NCBI GenBank assembly: GCA_951406725.2
Contig: OX597823.1
Location: 116,374,001 to 116,438,000, forward strand
Origin: Octopus vulgaris
Taxonomy: Eukaryota
Direction of reading: 5' to 3'
DNA: 64,000 bases
Part shown: one piece after another, positions 24,408 to 34,912 of the stretch
Layout of the letters: each line of letters opens with the position of its first letter
How positions within the stretch are numbered: the first letter of the stretch is position 1
Made by a program: the position numbers and the translations under genes
The notes under the pieces: generated by a model
Seen by the model: only the letters and a program-made list of their open reading frames with translations
Told to the model about the DNA's origin: nothing
Databases searched by the model: none

Positions 24408-24457
<50 letters not shown>
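24110..24457. repeat. (ATT)n tract immediately followed by an (AAT)n tract (self-complementary)
   Basis: Strand switch at ~24310. Confidence 0.92.
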
Positions 24458-25132
24458 TTTAGAATTTCTAAATGAATTTTTTACATGCTTTATGTTTAGT
24501 TTTTCCCTCCAACTTACATCTGAAATTCCTTTTCAATTTAAACCAACTGGGGAAACTATGCCATGTTTTATCATGTCTATTTTAATCAGGCACCGCTTTT
24601 ATTTTTCTCTTGCTTAAGTTATAGTCAAATTTAGTTTTTTCTTGTAATTATTATTATTATTATTATTATTACTATTTCACAATGTTTTTTTAAATTTTTC
24701 TGTCTTTGTGTTTTCTTCCTCTTTTTTTCTTTTTTTTCTCTCCATATTTCTTAAACAAAATAATTAATGTTTAAGAGGACACTTCACTAACAGCATTAGA
24801 GTTTCTTCAAATTGTCAATTTTTGTCTTCTACATTTCATAATTAAACCACATCTCCAGGTGGCATATTTTATACATACATTTCTTTTAATCCTTACTTGT
24901 TTTTCGAAATAATGTTGGATTTTCCTACTGAACAAGAGTGAGGCTCCAACTAGACTGATTACTGATTTATTTTTGTTTTTGTCAAACTAAACAACCAACA
25001 TTCCAAGAAATACAGAACAGAAACCATTTTGTCAATGATGTTATTTTCCTCTACTGGAACTTCACTTTACAAATTAAAAAAAACAACTCTATTTCATTTC
25101 TATTTTTTTATTATTATTTATTTATCTTTATT

Positions 25133-25180
<48 letters not shown>

Positions 25181-25579
25181 TTGTAACTCAGTGATCTGAT
25201 TTTGTTATTATCTTTATTCAAAACCCTTCATCAGTCACTGTGCTTTTTTTTTATGTCACATAAACCACTTCATGTTTAAAACTATAGATTACAGCTAAGT
25301 TGAGTGGTTTCTGTTAGCATGAAGTATTTTATTATTATTATTATTATTATAATCATCATCATCATCATCATCATCATTATCGTGAAGACAGGAGTGTTTT
25401 GCCTTCAGAAATGCAGGGTTTTTGTGCAGTTGCTTTTACTTCTGTTGGTTGACAATTGTAGAAAAAACATAAAAGGGAACTTCAGTGGAATAACATCCTG
25501 AGAAGGAAGGATTTGGGAAAGTGGTTTAAGGGGTCTGGAGCAGCAGGTCACAAGAGCATGTAAAAGTAAAGGCAAAGTT

Positions 25580-25730
25580 GCCTTCTCGAGCTTCCCAGTC
25601 TCATGGCATGTGGACTGGAGCAACATGAGGTGTTTTGCTGAAGAATATGCATTGAATGGTCCAGGAATCGAAACCTCAGTCTTATGATCATGAGTCCAAC
25701 ACCCTAACCACTAAGCCATGTGCCTCCACC
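25580..25730 (-). mobile_element. SINE family D copy (tRNA-like head ggaggcacatggcttagtggttagggtg)
   Basis: Matches heads at 29831 and 41128; B-box-like ggtttcgattcc. Confidence 0.65.
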
Positions 25731-25834
25731 GAGAGAGCCTGAATGGTGGTAACAAGAGACCTCTGAAGTAGCTGTGCAAAAGGCCTATTGAGGAACAGCA
25801 CAGCCATGGACCAATCCATCAAAGTATATACAAA

Positions 25835-26238
25835 CTAGCACTGTAGCCCAGCGTTGCTCGGGTTTGGTTTCTTTTCAACCCTTTAGAATTGGAATTTTTG
25901 AAAAGTAAAAAAATTGCATTATGTAGCTTGTTATTCGCTTTAAGTGAACATTTTTCTGGTTGAAATACACTGAAAAATGGCGACACAGCAGTAAAAAAAA
26001 TCGTAAAAAATAGCGATTTTCATAGAAAAAAAGCACTTTTTTTTATGTAAATAATGTTTGGTCTTAACATGGTCCGATTTGAATTTTTTCTTCTACGGAA
26101 TGAAGAGTAAGCCTTCTTCTATCATACTCTCAATTTTGGTCAACTTGCACGGCAGAGTCTCAGAGGAGAGAGTGTTAGTTGGAGGCTACAAAACCTGCCA
26201 TACACACACAGACAACTTCAGCTTTATATATAGAGAGA
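25835..26238 (-). mobile_element. Non-autonomous Helitron-like element
   Basis: Minus strand starts A|TCTCTCTATATATAAAG and ends with a GC-rich hairpin cccgagcaacgctgggc followed by CTAG|T. Confidence 0.8.
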
Positions 26239-26739
26239 TTTGGTTCTTAAATATTATTTGGTTTTTGTTAATATATTTTAATGTATCTGAAGCTTATTCT
26301 GGATATGATAAGAATTATTCTTGGTCATTATTCTGCTTACTAACAAAGTTATTCATTCTCTTCATTTCCCTGCCATCAATACAATCGTAAACTATTTGAC
26401 ATCAAAAAAATAATTGTCTTTAATGAAATTTGTCTGAACCTGATTCCATTTTATCATATGTGGCATGAACTGTTCAAGGGTAAATGATATAGTATATTGA
26501 TTTGACTAGAATTTGTGAACGAGATCAACATGGATGATCACACATGGATACTAAGTGAAAGTGATCAATAGGAAGTGATGTAATCTATTGATATGGCCAC
26601 TATCTTTCACTCATACACACATAAATACAAATCTCAAGTGAAGCTAAATACTGTAATGTATTTAGCATTCTAAACATGATATCGGCTTTTATCTGACTTC
26701 CATTTCTTCAGATAGCAAAGTATCGTTTTCTTTTTCTTT

Positions 26740-27290
26740 TGTTCTTTTAGTCATTAGACTGCAGCCATGCTGGGGCATCGCCTTCAAGAATTTTAGTCAA
26801 ATGGATCACCCTCAGAACTCATTTTTTTTCTTTAAGCCTGGTACTAATTTTATTTGTCTCTTGTACTGAACTGCTGAGTTAGAGGGCTGTAAACAAGCCA
26901 ATACCAGTTGTCAAGCAATGGTAGGGACAAACATAGACACAATACATACACACACACACACACACACACACATGTGCACACATGCACATACACGCACACA
27001 CACACACACACACACAAACATATGATTGGGAACTTCAGTGGAATAACATCCTGAGGAAGAAGGATTTGGGAAAGTGGTTTAAAGGGGTCTGGACAGCAGG
27101 TCACAAGAGCATGTAAAAGTAAAGGCAAGCTGAAAGAAACATATGATGGGTTTCTTTCAGTTTCTATGAAATCCACTCACAAAGCTTTGGTTGACCCAAG
27201 GCTACAGTAGAAGACACTTGTTCAAGGTGTCATACAGTGGAACTGAACCTAGAACCATGTAGTTGGAAAGCAAAATTTTTATCACTTAAC
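26740..27290 (-). mobile_element. SINE family B copy carrying a ~110 bp templated insertion
   Basis: SINE B homology on both sides of 27028-27136. Confidence 0.8.
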
Positions 27291-27899
27291 CATCATCATC
27301 ATCATCATTCAGTGTTTTAAATCTGGGTTTCGTTCCCATTAACAGGGGTGGCCAGAACTACCTCAATGCCATAGCAATAAAGGGAGGCAGGTGCAACCCA
27401 TCCCAACCTTTGGGCTGGCTGGCTGATGCCCATTCTCCTTTGCTATCATGAGTCTTGTTTGGAGCTGGATTTTCTACGAGGAGCATGCCCTTGCTTACTC
27501 CCAACCTCAGTTTCTAGATGTGAGTGGTCTGAAGACCAAGGCCTCTGTTTTGATTTTTAAGAAATGTGGTGGAAAACTAGCTCAGAAAGGCAGGGATGCT
27601 ACACCCTGAGACCCCTTTCATAGCCCCACTACTGGGTGTAAATTTTATTTCTGAAATACAGTAGTTTTGTTACAACATACTTAATTACATGAATATTCCA
27701 CATTAAGATAAAAATCCCAAAACAGAAGAAAATATAGGGTTGGCCAAAAGTCACCTGACAGTAAATCAAAATTCCATAAATGCTAATCTGTAATTCTGTA
27801 TTGACTCTAATGGAAAAATATATAGTTCAAGAAGGACTTCAGTTTGAACAGTTTTCATGATGTTTCATATTTGGATGCTTTTATTAAATTCATTCAGTT

Positions 27900-29195
27900 A
27901 TTCTTTTACTTGTTTCAGTCATTTGACTGTAGCCATGCTGGAGCACCACTTTTTTAGTTGAGTAAATAGACCCTAAGACTTATTCTTTTTAAGCCTAGTA
28001 CTTATTCTATGGGTGTCTTTTGAAGGACCACTAAGTTACAGGGATGTAGAGACACTAGCATCGGTTGTCAAGTGATGGTGGGGGACAAACACAGGCACAC
28101 AAACATATACATATACGCACACACATACACACAAATATTTATATACTAGCTGACATACCTGGTAATTTCCGGGAAAGCAAGGTTTATCCCTTGGTTCCAT
28201 TCTCATAATTGTTTTACTAATCCAATAACAACAGTACAAAGTATGTAACCCTTAAAACGGTTTTTGTGCACTTACAGAGAATGCCGAACTGTCTTACAAA
28301 GGATCTTGTTTTTAGGAATTCCCACTAAGTTATGAATACTCAAATTGTGAAGTCAGTTATGTAATAACATGAAATTAGTTACCCAATAGTAAGAATTCAA
28401 ATAAAGTACCCCCGAAAATGTCTTTAATGCATTCCCAGAGTATATGGAATACAGGAAGAAATACTAATAAAGTATGTATACTAAAATCATGAAACATGTT
28501 ATGTAATAACAGACTAATCAGGTATGAGATAATAACAATTCAAATAAATAACTCTGAAAAGGGTTTTTATGCATTCCCAGAGAATATAACCCTCAGGGCC
28601 ACTGGTGTTGGTGCATTCGTGAATAAGTCACTGACTAAAATAAGTGGATCCATTGTTTAGGAAAATACTATTCACTGTTTAAGGGTTGTACTGGATAAAT
28701 TGCAAAAATAACTTTAACAGTTCAAATACTAAGAAATAAGCTCAATTTCATTTTTACCAAATAATTTAGGAAAATGAATGGGTTATTTCCCTTGGCTATA
28801 TATAAGAATTCCTTCCAGTGGCAAATGGATTATTTCCCTTGGTTTTTAAAATAAAATATATTAGATATATATAAGGATCCCTTCCAGGGCCCCTATCTGA
28901 ATATGCAATGTGGTTTCAGGACATGAGTTGTACTCGGCTGTCAAGTTTCATAAAAATCGATAAAACAATGTAGGAGTTAGCTAACAACTCCACAAACACA
29001 CCCACAGACAAAATTTCCCACATATGTAGAAGATATACCACGGGCTTCTTTCAGTTTCCATATACCAAATCCACTCACAAGGCTTTGGTCAGCCCGAGGC
29101 TATAGAAGAAGACACTTGTCCAAGGTGCCGCACAGTGGGACTGAACCTGGAACCATATGGTTGGAAAGCAAGCTTCTTACCATACAGCCACTCCT
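27900..29195 (-). mobile_element. SINE family B split in two by a Helitron-like insert
   Basis: 3' half at 27900-28145 and 5' half at 29034-29195 are collinear with intact copies. Confidence 0.85.
28146..29033 (-). mobile_element. Non-autonomous Helitron-like element (second family)
   Basis: Minus strand A|TC start at 29033; hairpin ccggaaattaccagg then CTAG|T at 28146; internal ~120 bp imperfect tandem units; homologous copy at 44520-44898. Confidence 0.78.
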
Positions 29196-29787
29196 TTTTT
29201 TAAACATAAATAAATCTTAGAATTAAATAGTTTTGATTTACTGTCAGGGGCTTTTGGCCAACCCTGTATAACCATGAGCAAAGACAGACTTGTAAATTGA
29301 AGGACAAGATGGGAGTTAACTGGGACAAAACATGCTTCACTCATTAGCATACAATTCAATCACTCTCTATTTTCAATGCTATTACCCCCTTACTTTCCTC
29401 TATCTTCAGTCCAAAGATGATTCATGAAATAGAAGATAGTAACATTATAGTATTGAAATTTCATTTATAAACTAAAGGATATGTGTTAAATATATTTTCA
29501 CCAAATACAAGTGAGTGTTTCTACTACTAACAGCAATAAAATTAATGGTGCAGTACCTTTGTGAGTTGATAAGAAAGAGGAAGCCTTATCATTTATTTTC
29601 TTTTATTATACAATGTCAGAAAAATGTAAGGATTAATGCCACAAGTCTAATGGAAGAAGCCAAAAATGTAAAAATCCTGTTATGATATTTTGCTTGTAAA
29701 ATATTTGTCAGTAAAATAACTGAATTATTTTAGTGCTGAGAGTGGTAAAAACATAACCTTGTGTGTAGAAAACTTATATCTAATATA

Positions 29788-29826
<39 letters not shown>

Positions 29827-29830
29827 TATG

Positions 29831-29990
29831 TGGAGGTGCGTGGCTTAGTGGTAAGGGTGTCAGCATCATGATTGTAAAATTGTGGTTTCGATTCCTGGAC
29901 CAGGCGACGCGTTGTGTGCTTGAGCAAAACACTTCATTTCACGTTGCTCCAGTCCACTCAGCTGGCAAAAATGAGTAACACTGCGAGGAA
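29831..29990 (+). mobile_element. SINE family D copy (5' part)
   Basis: ggaggtgcgtggcttagtggtaagggtg...ggtttcgattcctgg; near-identical to 41128. Confidence 0.8.
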
Positions 29991-31219
29991 TTCACCATAC
30001 AAAGCTGACAATCACTTTTGTTGTATCAACAAATTCAGATACAGAAAATATCATTCGAATTAATATATCAGAAAATACATGTTAACACAATGATTTTTGA
30101 AGATGATCCAAAATTAGTTAAATTCAAAGTGAACTAAGAAAATATCTCCAGTACCGAAGCGCATACAAAACGAACATTGAGAAGAAATATAATCTAAGGA
30201 AAGCTTCTCTTGCATTCATCTCTTGGTGACATCAGGAGCTAAATAACTATTTATTTAGCCATGTAATTTCCATTGTATTACAGCTATTTCCCTACTCTTT
30301 TCATGTAATATAATATTAATTTCAGTATGGAAAAAATTATGCCTACATATTTGTGTTAATATGTATGATCAGCATTACAAAATATTCACAAAGTAATGCA
30401 AATAAATCTAGCTAGCTTATCAGATCACCAGAACATCATGTTTATTTTAAATATACACACCCAAATTTTCCTCTTCACAATGTATGGAAAGTTGAAACTA
30501 GACAAAATTAGATTAATTTTGGTCAGTAAAATAACAATATATTGTATTGGTTCATATAAATTAAGTTGAAGTGCCAGATATGAATTAAGGATTGACCACT
30601 GGGGTCGATTCATTTGACTGAAAATAATTCATAATTCAAAGCAGTGCCTCATCATGTCCGTAGTCTATGTACTGGGTGCTATCTTTATATATATAAAACT
30701 GAGAATGTCTGTCTGTCTGTCTGTCTGTGTGTTTCCCTAAAACTTGAGAACTACACAACCAATTTCATTCAAATTTTACACATGCCTTACTTAGGGTCCG
30801 GGGAGTGTCATCAGCAAAAAAAAATGTTCAACTTCTTGCCTAGAGCGAGCCCATAGCAATATCATATCTTCTCCACTATTTCAGTATTACGTGTTAAAAT
30901 TGAAACAAAAACATTTCTCTATTTTATGTCAGATACTTTCACTTTAACAAAAAAATAATAATAACAATTGAATTATATGTAGTAAGTAATAATTATAATC
31001 AAACTAAAGTATAATATAATCGTAACATAAAAAAAATGTAAAAATAGCAATTAGTATAAAATTGCATCAATGACTTGAACTTGAATAAGTGGTTTCACAT
31101 GAATGGGAATAAATTAAAAATAAAATTAGCGTGCAGAAATGGAATAGTCCAGATGGATAATAAAAAATTAAATTAAAGAAAAGACTATTGTCTATAAAGT
31201 ATACAATGTAGAGAAAAAA

Positions 31220-32903
31220 GGTCGTGTTTTTTTCGCTCTGTAAAATTCGGTAAAAAAGAACAACAAAAAGTGAATTGTGGTTGCGGAAATTCTGAACGTC
31301 GGTTGGTGCGGTTTCGCGTCGCACTGGTTCTGTGCGTCGCACGTTTTCTGTTCGGGAGGCCGTTTTTTGGTCTGAGGCGACTATGAGCCGCCTCTACCAA
31401 ACGGATGAGATGGAAGGGAGAAATTTCTCTGAAAATTCGTCGACATCTGAGGAGGAGTTGGCGGTGAAAAAAATGGAAAGCACCTATGCAGGTATAACGA
31501 AGAAGTCAACAGAAAAAGAGATAGACCTGGCTAAGTTGACGGACTTCCAGGAGTTCATGAAGGAGGAGGAGAACGGAGAGGTTGAGCTGTTGCCTCTAGC
31601 AGGGCGCGGAGACTGGTTCCATCGTAGAACCATTAAATATAAAGTATTTATGAATGGAGGTAGAAAAATGGAAGTGATTAACATGGAAGCAATTGAAGAG
31701 GCTTTCGAAGAACTGACAGGAGGAAATAAATTGTTCTGACTCGAGGATCCAGAATATGGAACCGTAACGGTACAATTTCAAAACTGAGTCTGCAGCCAGG
31801 AATATAGCAGCCAAGGTGGTGAGTACAGAAAAGTTTTACTTGTTCCCTCGTATTTGAATAGAAGGACCACCAGAATTAGGGTGGAAGGAATACCACCACA
31901 CGTGGAGGCGAATTAATAACGGATTGTGGCGGTGTGATCAAAGGAAATGAAGATAAAGTGGACATCCTCCATGCCATTATGAAATATGAAGGCGTGAGAG
32001 GTGCCACACTAGTAATGAACATACAGACAGGCAGAGACCGAGGTACTGGTGGACCTGACGGACAGTATAAAAACTGGAAATATTATTATGAGAGTGTGGG
32101 TGGAGGGCAGGGCTCCCAGGTGCTACAAGTGTGGCCTGAGGGGTCACAGAAGAGCCTTCTGCCCTCCCCCCAGGGAAAAAGAAAAGGAAATTCGCGAAGC
32201 CCCAAAGAGGAAGAAACCAAAGAGAACCAGAGGAAAAAGAAACGACAGAAGAAGAGGAGATGCAACAAGAGTGGGAAGAAGGAAGAAAAATACGAGAAAA
32301 AGAAAAGAAAAAGAAAATATGTGCGAAGCCCCAACCCACCCCAACACCACCCACCCTCTGAATCCCACCCTTCCCCTGCAGACATTGAACCCACCCGCTC
32401 CCCCCCCAACAAGAAAACAAAAGAAAAATAACAATACAGACAGACAAGAGTTTGAAAACGAACCCAGGCCGAACATTTATATTGTGACTGAACAGAAAGA
32501 GGTTGAAAGGGTAATGGAAGGAGTATGAATGGTATGAAATGGATGGGACCAGATATGCAGTGCTGGAAAAGAAGAATATAGATGAGTTTGTGTTGAGGTG
32601 TGAAAGGGAGAATTGGGAGGTGAAAGATACAAGAATGAGCGATGAATTCGTGGAATATATGGAGGACAGTTTCGGAGTAAGAATGGATATGGATGGTCTT
32701 CGTATTGGGAATGAACATTCAAGGTGACAGTGAAAACAAAGGACAGGTAAGTGATGCTGGTGGAGGGGCCGTTAGCATCGCTTTCATATTATCATTTTTT
32801 TCATTTTCATTTGCTCATAAATTTAATCATAATTGTTCTATGTCCCCCATGTTTTGTTATGTCCGCCATTCTTCGTAGCCCCTGGTGGGTAATAAAGAAA
32901 TAA
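31220..32903 (+). mobile_element. ORF1-only (HAL1-like) non-LTR retroposon with a frameshifted zinc-knuckle ORF1
   Basis: CpG-rich leader; ORF pieces 31332..31739, ~31740-31915, 31934.., 32049..32528 and 32539..32727 join into ...RTIKYKVF...YLNRRTTRIRVEGIPP...RVWVEGRAPRCYKCGLRGHRRAFCP (L1/Tx1 ORF1-type CCHC). No ORF2 follows; short UTR then tail gtagcccctggtgggtaataaagaaataa. Confidence 0.72.
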
Positions 32904-32910
32904 CATGGAG

Positions 32911-33211
32911 AGTGTATGAAGAACGATGGAAAGATGTAGCACGAAAGTTGCGAGTGGATGATACCACATAAATGTAAAACCAGATGAAACCAAAGTATCA
33001 GTGGGGAGGCGGGGCTCGTGGGGTCCGAGCTAAACCCACTCCCACTCCATCCGTAATGTCTTCCGGTCTGTTCTCCATTCGATTTTTTTCTATTTTGTAA
33101 TTTTTTGTAAATTTTTAAAATTCGCTTTTTTGTAAAACCCATTCGTGTATCTGACCCCACATCAGATTGTATTGTCCCCTCTACGTTCGCCCCTTGTGGG
33201 TAATAATAAAA
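32911..33211 (+). mobile_element. 5'-truncated non-LTR element 3' end with the same tail
   Basis: Short reading frame YEERWKDVARKLRVDDTT*, UTR, then ttgtcccctctacgttcgccccttgtgggtaataataaa; flanked by direct repeats acatggag (32903-32910 and 33213-33220). Confidence 0.55.
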
Positions 33212-33212
33212 C

Positions 33213-33480
33213 ACATGGAGGAAAGCACCTTCGAAAAGTGTCTTCGTGCGACTATGAAAGTTATCTAATCAGAAGCGGTAAATTCGCCACAATAGAAGCA
33301 AGGTTCGAGTCAGCGGAGCATGCAAGGGAGTATTCGACTTGAACTTGCAAAGTGGAAATATCTTAATTTTACCTTTATATCTGGGACGTAGGACGTCCCG
33401 GAAAAAAATAAAAAATGCACCCCCCCACCCCAGATGTAGAGGTAGGCTGGATTGTAGCCACACTTCTATACAAGAGGGAG
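33213..33480 (+). pseudogene. Second, divergent ORF1 paralog fragment (upstream part at ~31184-31219)
   Basis: MEESTFEK...YLIRSGKFATIEARFESAEHAREYS...LILPLYLGRRTSRKKIKNAPP aligns by eye with the first ORF1 (MEAIEEAFEE...YGTVTVQFKTESAARNIA...YLNRRTTRIRVEGIPP, reconstructed across frameshifts). Confidence 0.65.
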
Positions 33481-34029
33481 GACAAGATACAATTGATCGA
33501 AATTACAAGAAACGGGCTAACAATTCCAGCCTGTTATATATTTTGAGTATTGTTATCACTAGCGATATCAAGATATAACTTTGTATTTTGTATTTTATGT
33601 GTAGATGTATATATATAGATGTACATGTAATATGTACACATATATATACACATATATACATGCACTAGCACTATGACCCAGCAACGACGGGTCTTTAATG
33701 CTAGTCATCATCATCATCATCATCATCGTTTAACGTCCGTTTTCCGCGCTAGCACGGGTTGGACGGGAGTACGGGTTATATATATATATGTATGTAAGTA
33801 TGTATATATATATGAGTATATATATATGTATATGTATACATATATATGTATATATATATGAGGATGATCCAGTTCTTGACTGAGGAGTAAAAGCTTCAAA
33901 TGACCCGTCCTTGTTTTTTTGTATCGTCTATCTGGATGCTTTGTTGTCCCTTTTTGTATCACCTAGTTCTCTGGATGGTTTGCATTCTTGTCCCAGTTTG
34001 TATTATATATATATATATATATACATATA

Positions 34030-34745
34030 TATACAGAGTAGTTCTGGCTAAATTTGACTGTTTGCATAAAAGGAAAAAGAAACACAGGATCCCATCAAAA
34101 AATAAAATTATTTTAAAAAATCAAAACATACGTACTATATAAAGGCCAAGAGATAATGGTTTTCTCACAGTAGCTGCCCTCACCTTCTATCATGGCCCCA
34201 TGATGGCTCTGGAACCTGTTGCATGCAGTCTTCAATGTCTCTGAGAAAATCTTCAAACACTTCCTTGACCTTGGCCACCAGCTTTGTCTTGGAGTTTCAA
34301 GCAGAGTGGTTGGTGCCTTTCTCAGCTGTGCCCCACACAGAATAATACATGGGATTTCAATCAGAAGAATTAGGGTGCCAGAAATTGCAGCTGGAGAAAT
34401 CGTAGAAATTCTCTGACAAACCCTCTGACTCTTTCTGAAAGTTACGGCAACGAGCTGAATCCTACTTCCATATATATGGCCTTCCAGCAGTAATCCTCTC
34501 CAGTCAAGGTTTAATCATAATCCCCAGCAGCTTTATGGCCATCTGAATTAAACCTAAGGTCCTGTTCATCAGTTGCTGGATGAATCTTGGTATGTGGTTG
34601 CTTATTGTGCCCCTTCTTACTGGCCACAGCTTTATAGTCTCCAATATAGCCGCCCATGACACATCCTTTATAGTGTTTACAGAGCAGCAGCCATAATGTT
34701 CACATTTTGATGCCCAGCATGAAGCATCATTGCATAGGTAACTCT
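34030..34745 (-). mobile_element. Decayed Tc1/mariner-superfamily (maT/DD37D-like) transposase remnant
   Basis: Minus translation PYIWK*DSAR...LSENFYDFSSCNFWHPNSSD*NPMYYSVWG...LVAKVKEVFEDF...ACNRFQS (WPPNSPDLNPLDYxVWG motif). Confidence 0.75.
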
Positions 34746-34756
34746 TTCCTAATATT

Positions 34757-34912
34757 CATCGACTTTGCCTTTCATCCTTTCGGGTTTGATAAATTAAGTA
34801 CCAGTTATGCACTGGGGTCGATATAATTGACTTAATCCGTTTGTCTGTCCTTGTTTGCCTCCTCTGAGTTTAGCCCCTTGTGGGTAGTAAAGAAATAGGT
34901 ATTTTGTCTGTC
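34757..34912 (+). mobile_element. SINE family A 3' part ending in the multimer junction
   Basis: Tail ...aagaaata is followed by ggtattttgtctg, the start of a further unit. Confidence 0.8.

Larger units (their letters stand above)
27735..29266. mobile_element. Tc1/mariner-type MITE (TA target), outer layer of a nested insertion
   Basis: TIRs TA|tagggttggccaaaagtcacctgacagtaaatcaaaa and ttttgatttactgtcaggggcttttggccaaccctg|TA. Confidence 0.85.
30682..33704 (+). mobile_element. Helitron-like element enclosing LINE-derived cargo
   Basis: 5' A|TCTTTATATATATAAA plus (GTCT)n; 3' hairpin gaccc agcaacgac gggtc followed by CTAG|T. That both ends belong to one element is inference. Confidence 0.7.

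Noticed and set aside
27600-27625. Partial match to miR-125 (ccctgagaccc), also a miR-92-like seed near 7627
   Set aside because: Match limited to about 9-11 nt with no precursor hairpin.
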